Positions 49,855 through 60,361 of a DNA stretch of 64,000 nt are shown here, piece by piece (within the stretch, counting starts at the first letter, position 1; each line of letters opens with the position of its first letter). Below the pieces are notes generated by a model. The model saw only the letters and a list, made by a program, of their open reading frames with translations, made no database searches and had not been told where the DNA came from. A program made the translations under genes and the position numbers. Origin of the DNA: Sedimentisphaerales bacterium (GTDB taxonomy: Bacteria; Planctomycetota; Phycisphaerae; Sedimentisphaerales; Anaerobacaceae); NCBI GenBank assembly GCA_963708075.1, contig OY970194.1, positions 480,001 through 544,000 on the forward strand, read 5' to 3'.

Positions 49855-50721
49855 ATGGCAGTCTCCACTCGGCGACAATTCCTCCAAGCCTCCATCACAG
49901 CGGCCGCAGCCCCTTCCGCCGTGACGAGCCAGTCGGGCGTTCACGTAAACCACGATCTGCACACGCACACCATCTATTCGGACGGGGCCAGCACGATCCC
50001 GCTGCACGTGTTGGAGGCTCGGGCGTTCGAGCTGGATGCGATCGCCATTACCGACCATTACACCCCCGGCAGCAAGATCTACGAGTCACAAGCCGACTTT
50101 GATCGCTACGTGGCCGAGATTGAGCGAGAACGATCAGCCCAGCAGGATGTGATCGTGTTGAAAGGTGCCGAGGCCACGGCATTGGATGCGACCGGCCGCA
50201 TCAGCATCGATGCTCAGCACGCCGCGCAACTGGAGTGGGTGCTGTGTGACTTGGGCGGCCTCTCGGAAGGCACGCTCCGCAAGACGCCCTCCCATAAGCA
50301 GACCTACATCGAGAACGTGGTGAAGACCTACCTCGGACTCTGTGACGTGGAGTACCTCGACGCGATCGCGCATCCGTTCAACACGGGCAACACCCGCCCG
50401 GCGGCTCTGCCTGCGGACTACCCGCCGGCCCTGCTGAAGGAGTTGGCGACGAAGATGGCCGCCAGGAGGAAGGTGTTTGATGTGATGAACGACATGATCT
50501 ACTGGTTCCATCAGGCGTCCATCGCGCCGCGGGAGTTCACCGCGCAGTACGTGGAACTGGTCAAGCTCTTTGCCGCGGAGGGAGTGATGTTTCAGGTCTC
50601 CTCAGACGATCACCGCACGGGGCTGGGCAACACGCGCTGGGCCCAACTGGTAGTGTCACGGGCTCAGGTGCCCGCAAAGCAAATCGTCGATTCCCAACAG
50701 ATCGCCCGCCGGCGCCGATAA
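49855..50721 (+). CDS. Tat-exported PHP-domain metallohydrolase
   Basis: TRRQFLQ; DLHTHTIYSDG, ITDH, IAHP, SSDDH. Confidence 0.85.
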   Translation: MAVSTRRQFLQASITAAAAPSAVTSQSGVHVNHDLHTHTIYSDGASTIPLHVLEARAFELDAIAITDHYTPGSKIYESQADFDRYVAEIERERSAQQDVIVLKGAEATALDATGRISIDAQHAAQLEWVLCDLGGLSEGTLRKTPSHKQTYIENVVKTYLGLCDVEYLDAIAHPFNTGNTRPAALPADYPPALLKELATKMAARRKVFDVMNDMIYWFHQASIAPREFTAQYVELVKLFAAEGVMFQVSSDDHRTGLGNTRWAQLVVSRAQVPAKQIVDSQQIARRRR

Positions 50722-50783
50722 CGTGATGCGCGGCAGGCCGCCGACAGAACTTCAGAGACAACCGATGAAGGGGAGATTCAAGA

Positions 50784-53561
50784 ATGCCTCAGCGCGGTAC
50801 GCAGCACCCAGCCATAACCCTCGTGTGTACATGTCTTCTCGCAGCTACTTACGCGGTCACGGTGGCTTCCGTTGCGGTGGCTGGTGCTTCAAACGTTCTC
50901 AACAACTCACCCGACTGGGAAGGGAGGCGAGAGAATTCGGTTCTGCTCAACGGCCAGTGGGAATTCTCCGTGGGCGACGGAAGCGAGCGGGCCGAGAGCC
51001 CTGACGGCGCGAATCGCCTTCACTGGCAGACGGTGAAATTGCCGGGTCCATTCATGCCGTGGAGCCAGGAGGCGGCAAACGAGACGAAGTGTGCGTGGGC
51101 ACGCAGGAGCTTCAAGCTCACCGCAGCTCAGGCCCATGGCATGGCGGTGCTGCGCTGGAATCGCATTGCCTGCGGGGCGGCGGCGTTCATCAACGGTCAG
51201 AAAGTCGGCGAGAATGAACCTACCGGGCCCTTTCAGGTGATCGTCCCCGCCGGGGTCCTCAGACCCGGCGACAACCAGATCGTGCTCAAGATCCGCGGCG
51301 CCGCTGGGGTGCCCAGGAGCCGAAGCGGCAATGCTTTGATCCCGGCCGGTTTCGGCGTGGGGATGCCGGAGGTGACGGATGACGTGTGGATGGACTTTGC
51401 CGACGCCGCTTACATGAAATGGGTGCTGGCGGTGCCGGATCTCGCCGGCAGCCGGGTCAAGATCCGCGTCACACCGGCCGGCCCGGATCGCCTGGACAAT
51501 CTGAAGATCATCGCTCAGGTCAAGTCCTGGCCGGACGGGAAGGCCATGGGGGAAGGCCAGGCGTCAGCCAGGCTCACGCCAAGCCCAGACCCCCTCGGAG
51601 GCGAGCACTTCTTCGTCGAGGCGCCGATGCCGGGTTTCAAGCCGTGGACGTACGAGCAGCCGCACCTCTACACCGCGGAGGTTACGCTGAAGCGCGGCGA
51701 GAAGGTGCTGGATACGGTCACCATTCGCTTCGGCATGCGTGAGATCACCATAGCGGGCGGGCACTATCTGCTGAACGGCAAGACCCTCCGGTTGCGCGGC
51801 TCGGAGCTCTGCTTCGAGTGGAACTGGGGGGACACCATCACGGGCAAAGAGTTCGACTACCTCGTCACTGAGGCCCGCGAGATGAGCATGAATGCCTTTC
51901 GCACGCACACGATGCCACTGCCGCCCCTGTGGGCCAACATCTGCGATGAGAACGGCACCATGGTCCTGGCGGAGTTCCCCTGCCTCTACAATTACCAGGA
52001 CTACAAGTTCACGCTTGAGGAATACGCCATCTGGCACAAGAACGTGCTCAGCGACGCCGCCGGCTGGATGGGGCGGCTCTGGAACCACCCGGCCGTGGTC
52101 ATGTGGGTGCTCTCCAACGAGTCGAACCGCGACAGCCAATGGGAGATGGGCCCGTACCACGACTTCGTGCGGGCGCTGGACCCGACGCGGCCGACCATGC
52201 GCACCGGCGACACCGGCACGGCGGAGAACTATGACGTGCACACGTGCGGCAATGTCGAAGACACGCTGGAAGGCAATCTCATCCCGGGCATCCCCTCGTG
52301 GTTCAATGAAGCGAAGGGCCGGCCCGTCACCAACAGCGAGTACATGAACTACTTCGGCCGGCCGGCGACCCAGTGGACGGGTAAGGAGGATGGCGACGCC
52401 GATGCGCTGGCCTGTGCCCAGCTCGGCATGGAGCACACCGAGGCAATGCGCCGTGCCCGCATCGACGGCATGTTGCCCTACATGTACGCCGGCTGGACGC
52501 GGACCCGGCTCGCAGCGCGCGTCAGAGAGACCGGCAAGGGCAGTGCCGTCTGGAAGGCCGGCTATGCCTCGCCTCTGTCCGCGTGCTGGCATAGCTCGCT
52601 GTCGCCGGTACTCGCCAGCCTTGATCTTTTCGACCCCGACTATCTGCCGGGCCAGGAGGTGCGCACCGACCTGTACCTCATCAACGATTCCTGGCACGAT
52701 GCCATGATTCATGTCGATCTGTTGTTGACCGAGGAGTGTCCCGAGTTCATCCCCGAAGCCTCATGCTTCGACCAGCCCGTAGCCAGGTGGAGCTATGACT
52801 TCACGTTGAAGGCGGACACGTTGACGAAGACGCCCATCACGTGGAAGCTGCCTGACCGGGAAGGCAGCTACTGGCTTACGGCTCGTACGACCGGCATCCC
52901 CGGCCGGCCCGTCCTCAGCCAGCGCTTCGTGCGAACGGTGCGCCCGCCGGAGGTGCCCGCGAGTCTCCGCGACCGGCGCTTTGTGCTTCTCGGCGGCGAC
53001 GCCGACGCTGACGCCTGGTTCCGGTCGCGCGGCTTGCAGGTCGAGCACGATCTCCGTACACTGACGCCCGGCAGGGATGTGGTCGTCATCTGGTACGCGG
53101 AGAACATACCCGCGGCGCAGAAGCGGCAGGCGAATGTCGTGCGAGACTTCGTCGCTGCCGGCGGTCGGGTGGTCGTTCTGGGCACCCGTGCGTGGGACTG
53201 GTTCGAGTTATGCGACGTGAAGACCGAAGACACGTGCGGCTCGCGCGTCTTCGCCTATCCGGATGCCCGGCACTTGTTGCTCGATGGCATCCGACCCGAA
53301 TGCCTGATGCGATGGAATGGGCTGCCCGGCACGGTAGCCATGGGCCGTCTGGAAGGCCCGGCGATGGCAGGCGCGACGAAGATCCTCTGGGTGCGCGAGC
53401 CCAAGACCACCGTCGCGGCCGAGGTCCCCATCGCCCGCGGGAAGGGAACCATCCTCTTCTCGGGGATGCACGTACAGGAACGCCTGGATCGCTCGAAGCC
53501 GCGCTATGACCCGGTGGCGGAGAGAGTCCTGATCAACATGCTCCGGGCGACAGAGAAGTAA
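50784..53561 (+). CDS. Glycoside hydrolase family 2-like protein
   Basis: LNGQWEF, FGMREI, NHPAVVMWVLSNE, DPTRP, SEY. Confidence 0.85.
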   Translation: MPQRGTQHPAITLVCTCLLAATYAVTVASVAVAGASNVLNNSPDWEGRRENSVLLNGQWEFSVGDGSERAESPDGANRLHWQTVKLPGPFMPWSQEAANETKCAWARRSFKLTAAQAHGMAVLRWNRIACGAAAFINGQKVGENEPTGPFQVIVPAGVLRPGDNQIVLKIRGAAGVPRSRSGNALIPAGFGVGMPEVTDDVWMDFADAAYMKWVLAVPDLAGSRVKIRVTPAGPDRLDNLKIIAQVKSWPDGKAMGEGQASARLTPSPDPLGGEHFFVEAPMPGFKPWTYEQPHLYTAEVTLKRGEKVLDTVTIRFGMREITIAGGHYLLNGKTLRLRGSELCFEWNWGDTITGKEFDYLVTEAREMSMNAFRTHTMPLPPLWANICDENGTMVLAEFPCLYNYQDYKFTLEEYAIWHKNVLSDAAGWMGRLWNHPAVVMWVLSNESNRDSQWEMGPYHDFVRALDPTRPTMRTGDTGTAENYDVHTCGNVEDTLEGNLIPGIPSWFNEAKGRPVTNSEYMNYFGRPATQWTGKEDGDADALACAQLGMEHTEAMRRARIDGMLPYMYAGWTRTRLAARVRETGKGSAVWKAGYASPLSACWHSSLSPVLASLDLFDPDYLPGQEVRTDLYLINDSWHDAMIHVDLLLTEECPEFIPEASCFDQPVARWSYDFTLKADTLTKTPITWKLPDREGSYWLTARTTGIPGRPVLSQRFVRTVRPPEVPASLRDRRFVLLGGDADADAWFRSRGLQVEHDLRTLTPGRDVVVIWYAENIPAAQKRQANVVRDFVAAGGRVVVLGTRAWDWFELCDVKTEDTCGSRVFAYPDARHLLLDGIRPECLMRWNGLPGTVAMGRLEGPAMAGATKILWVREPKTTVAAEVPIARGKGTILFSGMHVQERLDRSKPRYDPVAERVLINMLRATEK

Positions 53562-53571
53562 GACGAGCGAG

Positions 53572-56538
53572 TCAGCGGGTGCTCGTCGAAGCGACCTTCA
53601 CTCCCTGCCGGTTGGTCAACTCGATGATCTCGGCCTGGACGGAGAGCCGGCGCATAAGGTCGCCCACGATGAACAGGGCCTGGCCGCCTGTGGGAGAGGA
53701 TTGGCGGGCGCGGAAAGCGGGGCGATTGGCCGCTACGTATAGAGCGCTGGTGGCCGGAATCACCGTGCCGCCTCGGAACGTGAAGAGAAGAGGCCGGGTG
53801 CCGATGCCGACGTTCAAGGTCCAGCCGGAAATGTCCACGGCGAAGCGGTTGGGGTTCAGTAACTGGACGTATTGCTCGGCCAGGTTGCCGCTGGAGGGGC
53901 TGGTCTCAACAGTGCCGATGGCGATGACGGCATCGGCCGGCTGGGCACCGGGGAGTTCCCTGGCGCCGGAAGCCAGGCCATTGAACAATTGTTTCCTTCG
54001 TTCCGGCAGGTAATAGTTCTTCAACTCCGCCACGGCCTGCGGCAGGGACTGTGGGCAGCAGGGGGCGGTTGACCCGTTGCCCCAGGCGTTCGAGCCCCAC
54101 TTGGCGGCGTCCAGGGCCGCGTCCGGAGCAAGCACGGCTGCCAACTCGTCGATGATCGGCTCGTAATGTAGCTCAGATGCCGGCGTCCCGGGCGGTTTGA
54201 GCAGCTCGTCCATCAGCGTGCGCACGCGCCGCAGGTACATCTGCCGGATTTCGGGAGTGTCGAAGATGGCTTTCGGCACGTTGTTATTGTTGCCGATGAA
54301 CAGCGGAGTATCGACAATCAGACGCTGGTCCCAGTAGGTCATCGAGCTGATCCAGCGGCGACCGAAGCTCAGATCGACATCCCACGGCCACATCTGCCAT
54401 TCGTCGCTTCCGCCCGTGTCGCGGTAAAAGTAGTAGTTCTTGTGACAGCAGTCGGTGTCCCCCGTCAGGGCGCGAGCGGCCAGGAAGTTGACGACCTGGG
54501 CGACGTCCACGTTGTCGTACAGGTACCGTCGGCGGGCCTCGCCCGAGAGACTGACGCCGTTGTATAGCGCCAGCAGATCCGCATTGTCCTCGGTCTGCCG
54601 CGTCTTCTTTTCGACCTCGCTGTTAGCATGACTGGGGCTGGTGAAGGTGTTATACATCTTGTAAAGAGCCCCCTCCGGGTTCAGTCCCATGCGGATCAGC
54701 CAGTCCTCGTCGCCGTTCTCCATCGCGTGCGCCGTTCCCCAGAAGGCCCCGTTCTGTTGCACGCGCACCGGGAACACCCAGTGGTAGGGGCAATCAGCGT
54801 CCCGGTAGGTTCCGTGGGCCAGGATGTTTCGCATCTGGGCCTTGTCGGGATAGGTTGTCAGGAGGTTGAGGTCATCGGCTCGTGGCTCACCCGGTGCCCA
54901 TTTGAAATTGTGACCGCGATTGAAGTCGACGTTATAACTCTTCTTAGGGAACCCCCGGCTGGACTGGCCGTGAAGGTAGATACTCACATTGTCATAGAAT
55001 TGGCCGTCGTAGAAGAGGGAACAGCGTGTGCCCGCATCCGAGTTGGCCGCGCTGGGATTCTCGACGAACCAGTGCAGCACCGGCAGTGGGCTGTCCACGC
55101 TCAGGTCCGTCACCACGGTGCCGTGGTACTGCGGGGAATTCAACGGATCGAGGAAGGCAGGCGATCTCGATGCATATCCGGCTGTGTCCGCGGCTATGAT
55201 GTACCATCGCACCATCTGCCCCGCACGAAATGCGGTCTCGCGGATTCTCGCTCCATAGATGCCATCACCGGCCTCGCCATCGGCGCTGTTCCCATCGTCG
55301 CGCAAGGGGACCACAACCTCTGCATTGAACATCACCCGATAGCACAGTTGCGCCATCGCCAGGGGGGCGGAGACCGGAGTGATCCGGGCGGTGATCTGCA
55401 GGTCTTCGCTGTCCGTCGGAGTCAGCGGATAGTGAGAGTCATCGGCGATAACCGGCCCTATGGTTTCGATGCCGGCGTCGTTCGGCTTGCCCGGCGTCGG
55501 CGTTGGGAAGTAGCGGAACACCGGCACGGCTCCGCTGACGGCGACCTGCAGCTCCGGAAGGACCAGCATGTCCCAGTCGTTAATACCGTTGTTCAATCCC
55601 TGCACCGCCAGCACGTTTGTTCCGGCGTGAAGAAAGTCGAACGGGCGGATATTAAAGTCCATCGGATACACAAATCTGCTGGTGGGCCAGACGGCAGGGG
55701 CGCCGGAGTCCCACGTTTCGGCGCCCCGGGCCGGGGCATTGTATCTCGCCACCTCGCACCCGTTGATGTAGACGATGATCCCGTCATCAAACCACATGCG
55801 TAAGGTTAGCGTCCGGACCAGCGATGGGTCCTCGATAGCAAAGGGGACCCGGACATAGGCCGTCTGATTCACACCCAGCATGGCAGAGATGTCCGTTTCG
55901 ATCTGGCGCGGAAAATTGAAGCCAACGCCCGTCGTGCCGGACTGCCAGGCTGAATCATCGAAGTTCTCCAGCGTCCACGGACGCGGGGCGTTCGGCGATT
56001 TCGGCTCCAGTGCGTCATTCAGAGGCACCTGGACTTTGGCCGGGGCCCCCTGGGCCAGCAGAACTTCCTGGGACGTCTCGCCACTCAAGCCATAGGAGAC
56101 GTCGGGCGCCTGAACGGGAAAGGCCGGTGAAAACTCCGAAACGACAGTGACTCCATCCGGGCGGACCAGAGCGAGGTACTCGCCGGACCCGCTCAGCTTG
56201 AAATTCGTGTGCAGCTCGCCCGCCGCATCGGCCCGGTCCTTCCCGGAGGCGAATACGATCAGGTACATGTCGGAGCCAAGTGTCACGGCCGGAAACTTCC
56301 ACTTGGTCAAGTTGCGGGCTGAGTCCGTAAGGTACCAATCCTCCAGGTTCACCGCGTTCATCCCGGCGTTGTGAATCTCGATCCAGTCCTCCTCGTCGCG
56401 GTCGCTGTCGTCCAGACCATTCTCGTTCACCGCCATGAACTCGTTGATCCGGAGCATATCCTGCGCGTGAAGCGGGGCCGATAAACCGGGGGTAAGCAGG
56501 AGCACAACGAGGAAAGCTGATGTCTGCAAATATCCCAT
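53572..56538 (-). CDS. Secreted lamin-tail-domain + CotH kinase family protein
   Basis: RINEFMA..DWIEIHN, PTPG..N, HGQSSR..PKKSY, KNYYFY, PWDVDLSFG. Confidence 0.88.
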   Translation of the reverse strand: MGYLQTSAFLVVLLLTPGLSAPLHAQDMLRINEFMAVNENGLDDSDRDEEDWIEIHNAGMNAVNLEDWYLTDSARNLTKWKFPAVTLGSDMYLIVFASGKDRADAAGELHTNFKLSGSGEYLALVRPDGVTVVSEFSPAFPVQAPDVSYGLSGETSQEVLLAQGAPAKVQVPLNDALEPKSPNAPRPWTLENFDDSAWQSGTTGVGFNFPRQIETDISAMLGVNQTAYVRVPFAIEDPSLVRTLTLRMWFDDGIIVYINGCEVARYNAPARGAETWDSGAPAVWPTSRFVYPMDFNIRPFDFLHAGTNVLAVQGLNNGINDWDMLVLPELQVAVSGAVPVFRYFPTPTPGKPNDAGIETIGPVIADDSHYPLTPTDSEDLQITARITPVSAPLAMAQLCYRVMFNAEVVVPLRDDGNSADGEAGDGIYGARIRETAFRAGQMVRWYIIAADTAGYASRSPAFLDPLNSPQYHGTVVTDLSVDSPLPVLHWFVENPSAANSDAGTRCSLFYDGQFYDNVSIYLHGQSSRGFPKKSYNVDFNRGHNFKWAPGEPRADDLNLLTTYPDKAQMRNILAHGTYRDADCPYHWVFPVRVQQNGAFWGTAHAMENGDEDWLIRMGLNPEGALYKMYNTFTSPSHANSEVEKKTRQTEDNADLLALYNGVSLSGEARRRYLYDNVDVAQVVNFLAARALTGDTDCCHKNYYFYRDTGGSDEWQMWPWDVDLSFGRRWISSMTYWDQRLIVDTPLFIGNNNNVPKAIFDTPEIRQMYLRRVRTLMDELLKPPGTPASELHYEPIIDELAAVLAPDAALDAAKWGSNAWGNGSTAPCCPQSLPQAVAELKNYYLPERRKQLFNGLASGARELPGAQPADAVIAIGTVETSPSSGNLAEQYVQLLNPNRFAVDISGWTLNVGIGTRPLLFTFRGGTVIPATSALYVAANRPAFRARQSSPTGGQALFIVGDLMRRLSVQAEIIELTNRQGVKVASTSTR

Positions 56539-56745
56539 TCGAAGGATGACCCTCTTCAGCCCGGGCCGGCGAGGGCGTCAAAGGCCTGCGCCGACAGGAA
56601 ATCCAATCTCTGCGTCAACATAGATTATACCAGACGGAGCGTTAAAAATGTGGATTTTTGTCCGTACAGGGACGTATATCTCTCGTCTATGACTGTAGTG
56701 AATGGAAAGACGGTCCAGTTGAGTCGGTTTGCGGGGAGCATTCCC

Positions 56746-57321
56746 GTGAAAGAGCTTGGGGGCGTCCTGACGCCGGGGTCCGGCGACCTGATGGCCGTGG
56801 TGGCGCGTTATCAAGGTCCGCTGCTGCGGTACGCCGGCCGGATGCTGGGCAGCGCCAACGACCAGCGGGAGGACGTCGTGCAGGAGACCTTCATCCGGCT
56901 GCACCGCCAGGTCTCCGCCCACGGGTGGGACAGCATCCAGCATCTCACGACTTGGCTCTTTCACGTGGCCCATAATCTGACCGTTGATGCGCTGCGCCGG
57001 AGGGTGCGCCAGGATGCTGCCCGCAAGGACGTGGAATCCGTCACCTCCACAGACCCGCCCGCGGCCGCCCAGGAGGCTACGGCCGAGGAGATGGACGCCT
57101 TGGGCGAAGCGATTCGCCGGGAAGCCCGGCAGGTAGTCCTGCAAGAGCTGTCGCAGCTCGATGAGTGCTACCGGCAAGTGGTGCTGCTCAAGATCGTCCA
57201 CGATATGACCCTGCGGGAGGTGGCCGAGGTCGTCGGCGTGTCGCTCTCCACGGTCAATCACCGGCTCAACGAAGGCCTGGGCATCCTGGCCCGGCGGCTG
57301 CGAAAGGCAGGCGTCGTATGA
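56746..57321 (+). CDS. ECF RNA polymerase sigma factor
   Basis: EDVVQETFIRL, WLFHVAHN, region 4 LREVAEVVGVSLSTV; start uncertain (56650-56791). Confidence 0.9.
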   Translation: MKELGGVLTPGSGDLMAVVARYQGPLLRYAGRMLGSANDQREDVVQETFIRLHRQVSAHGWDSIQHLTTWLFHVAHNLTVDALRRRVRQDAARKDVESVTSTDPPAAAQEATAEEMDALGEAIRREARQVVLQELSQLDECYRQVVLLKIVHDMTLREVAEVVGVSLSTVNHRLNEGLGILARRLRKAGVV

Positions 57322-57409
57322 ACGAATCAGCCCATAAGCAGAGACCAGCCATTGACAGTCAAATGATGAGAACGACCTTTCCGGCTCAGGGCCGGGCGGG
57401 GAGTCGAAT

Positions 57410-60241
57410 ATGAATCGTGAACGAGCAGAAAAACTACTGGCCGCGCTGATCTTCGATGATCTGGACGAGGCTTCGAAGGCCGAGCTTCACGCCTACCTGC
57501 AGACGGATGACGACCTGCGGGACCGCCTTGCCGACATGCGCATGGCCGCCAAGCTGGCCTGTGACGCAGTGAAAGACGGCCCTGACCCGGCGCTGAGCGA
57601 GCATCGACTGACCCAGTTGAAGCAACTCGCCAAGACCGGTAAGACAGGGGGACGAGTCTTCACACTTCGCCGTTTCCTGGCCGCCGCAGTCCTTGTGTTC
57701 GGCTTGGTGCTTCTGGGGCTCATGCTTGTGCCCGGTAATTTTGTGGGAGGTACAGACGAAGCTCGCTTTTCTGCCCGGGTGCTGGAACAACGCCTTGCGT
57801 CCACCGATGACCGCTTTAACCTGGGTGAGGCGAAACCAAGTTCGGAATTGATGGCGCAGGACCCGAGGCTTGGCGTCCAGTTGCGGCGAACGGACAGGGG
57901 CCTTGTGGCAAGCGACTCAGCAGGCAGCCCCACCGGCGGCATGGGTGGTATGGGAGGCATGGGCGGCTACGGTGGGGGTGTCTCCGGCAGGAGAGTAGCT
58001 CCGGCAGAGGTCAAGAATCGTGCTCTCACGGAAACCGATCGCCATAGTCTTAAGATGACGGGTGGATCGTTGCTGGATGAGAGTACGCCCGTGGCGTCGG
58101 CTCCGCCGGCGATGCCGCCCTCGCTGGGTGAACCGATGCTGGGCCGCGGACCGGATTCTCCCAGGAGGATCGACATTATCAGGGGCTCGAAGGTGCAGTC
58201 GGACGAGCTCGCGTTCGAGGCGGACGGCAACATCGATGCCGGTCAGCCCTTGTCAGGGCCCGCACCTGTGGACGCAAGTGGCTTTGCGGCGGCGGGGCGG
58301 TTTCGCGGTGTCAGGAACGGGGATACGGAACTGGATTTCAGGGGGGCAGTTCCTGAGAGTAAGGAGTCGGTCAGCTATGGCTGGTCGGGGACTCTCACTC
58401 CGCAGAAGGCTCCTGTGCCGATGTCAGCAACCACGCCGCCTGCTTCCATCGCGAACTCCGATGTGAAGTCGAACGGGGCCTTGAGCGTTGCTGATTCCGA
58501 TGGGGACGCAGCGGGCAAGCGAGTACCCATACTGGGAGATAAGCCGGTTGTCGGTGGGCTATTCAGACAGAGCAAAGCAGATGTCGAGAAGGACTTGGGC
58601 AGGGGACTCGATGAGTTGAATCGCGAGGCAGAGACGCCTCTGAGCGTTGTATCGACCCAGATGGATCCGGTTCTGCTCGTGCCGACTAATGAGCCGGCCG
58701 ATCATTCCAGCGTGCTGCTTGAGAAGAAGGACGCAAGCGTTCGCTCTTCGGGAGAAGTAGCCTATCCCAAGAATTGGGCCGAGATCAGACCCAACCAGAA
58801 AGCAGATACGCCGCTTGAGGGAGCCGAGGCCGGGGTGCCTTTGGCGTCCCATTTTCGCGTGGTGCCGGTCAATCCGTGGGTGATGACGGATCGCGACTCT
58901 CTGTCCACCTTTGCCCTGGATGTGGATACGGCCTCGTATGCCCTGTGCCGGCGGTATATCCGCGGCGGATTTCTGCCGCCGATTGGCGCGGTGCGCATGG
59001 AGGAATTCATCAACGCGTTCGACTATGCCTATCCGCAGCGCGAGGATGCAACGTTTGCCGTATATGCCGAGGGGGCGCCCTCGCCGTTTGCTGCCGAAGG
59101 GCAGGACCTGACGCTGCTGAAGATTGCAGTCAAGGCCCGCACCGTGGGTCGCGATCAGCGCCGGGCTGCGCACTTGGTCTTTGTGGTTGATGCTTCGGCG
59201 TCCATGGGCCAGGCGGATCGGCTGCCGGCGGTCCAGGCTGCCCTGAATCTCCTGGTGGACAAGCTCTCGGATGTGGATCGCGTTTCGCTGATCACCTGCG
59301 CCAACGAGGCCAGGCTGCATCTGGAGGCGGTCCCCGCTCAGCAGAAAGACGTGATTCGTCAGGCCATCGAGAGCATTCAGCCGGCGGGACCCACGAATCT
59401 CATGGCAGGCCTGCGGCTTGGATATGCGATGGCCCGCAAGGCCTTTGTCGCCGGCCGGATCAATCAAGTCGTGCTCTGCTCGGATGGCGTGGCCAATGTG
59501 GGTCAGACGGAGGCTCAGGCGGTGCTCGATGAAGTGGCCGGGGACCGAAAGCAGGGCATCACCCTCACCTGCGTCGGCGTCGGATACGGAGCGTACAACG
59601 ACGCCTTCCTGGAGGCCATGGCCGACCGCGGGGACGGGCGCTACGTGTTCCTCGATTCCTCTGAAGAGGCCCGGGACGCCCTCGTCGGCCAGTTGGCGGC
59701 GACCCTGCAAACAGTGGCCAAGGATGCCCGCATCCAGGTCGAGTTCAATCCTGCCCGCGTGCGACGTTACCGGCTGATCGGCTACGAAAACCGAGACATC
59801 GAGGACCAGCGGTTCCGCGACGACACTGTGGATGCGGGCGAGGTCGGATCGGGCCAGTGCTCCACGGCCCTGTATGAGCTGGAGCTAACGGCTCCTTCCT
59901 CCCCAGATGCCGACAGCAATCTCGGGACGGTCTTCGTGCGGTATCGTCACGCGGAGACCGGGCAGGTCGAGGAGACCTCCCGGCCCCTGGCCGGCTCCAT
60001 CATTCGCCGGCGATCCGCGGAGGCAGACCCGCGGTTCTTCCTAGCGGCCGGGGCGGCACGGTTCGCGGAGTGGCTGCGACAATCGGAGCACGCTCGGCAC
60101 ACGGCCCTGGCGGATGTGCAGCGATTGCTCGACAACGTCAGTGCGGCCTTGCCCCTGGACCGGGACGTGCAAGACCTGGCGGCACTGGCGCATCAGGCGG
60201 AGAACCTGCCCAGGGCGTCGCCCGCGGCGCCACAGCCGTGA
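57410..60241 (+). CDS. Anti-sigma-like N-terminus + TM + disordered linker + vWA/YfbK (DUF3520) domain
   Basis: STFALDVDTASY, VRMEEFINAF, DASASM MIDAS, SDG, YRLIGYENR, DAGEVG. Confidence 0.85.
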   Translation: MNRERAEKLLAALIFDDLDEASKAELHAYLQTDDDLRDRLADMRMAAKLACDAVKDGPDPALSEHRLTQLKQLAKTGKTGGRVFTLRRFLAAAVLVFGLVLLGLMLVPGNFVGGTDEARFSARVLEQRLASTDDRFNLGEAKPSSELMAQDPRLGVQLRRTDRGLVASDSAGSPTGGMGGMGGMGGYGGGVSGRRVAPAEVKNRALTETDRHSLKMTGGSLLDESTPVASAPPAMPPSLGEPMLGRGPDSPRRIDIIRGSKVQSDELAFEADGNIDAGQPLSGPAPVDASGFAAAGRFRGVRNGDTELDFRGAVPESKESVSYGWSGTLTPQKAPVPMSATTPPASIANSDVKSNGALSVADSDGDAAGKRVPILGDKPVVGGLFRQSKADVEKDLGRGLDELNREAETPLSVVSTQMDPVLLVPTNEPADHSSVLLEKKDASVRSSGEVAYPKNWAEIRPNQKADTPLEGAEAGVPLASHFRVVPVNPWVMTDRDSLSTFALDVDTASYALCRRYIRGGFLPPIGAVRMEEFINAFDYAYPQREDATFAVYAEGAPSPFAAEGQDLTLLKIAVKARTVGRDQRRAAHLVFVVDASASMGQADRLPAVQAALNLLVDKLSDVDRVSLITCANEARLHLEAVPAQQKDVIRQAIESIQPAGPTNLMAGLRLGYAMARKAFVAGRINQVVLCSDGVANVGQTEAQAVLDEVAGDRKQGITLTCVGVGYGAYNDAFLEAMADRGDGRYVFLDSSEEARDALVGQLAATLQTVAKDARIQVEFNPARVRRYRLIGYENRDIEDQRFRDDTVDAGEVGSGQCSTALYELELTAPSSPDADSNLGTVFVRYRHAETGQVEETSRPLAGSIIRRRSAEADPRFFLAAGAARFAEWLRQSEHARHTALADVQRLLDNVSAALPLDRDVQDLAALAHQAENLPRASPAAPQP

Positions 60242-60361
60242 CAACAGGCGACCGGGCTCGGCGGATTTTACATGAGTTTTACGCCTCTGCGATTCGACAA
60301 TGCTGTACTATCTGGATAGAGATGCCTTCATTTGGAATTGGTGCGTGATCTTGGAAAGGGC

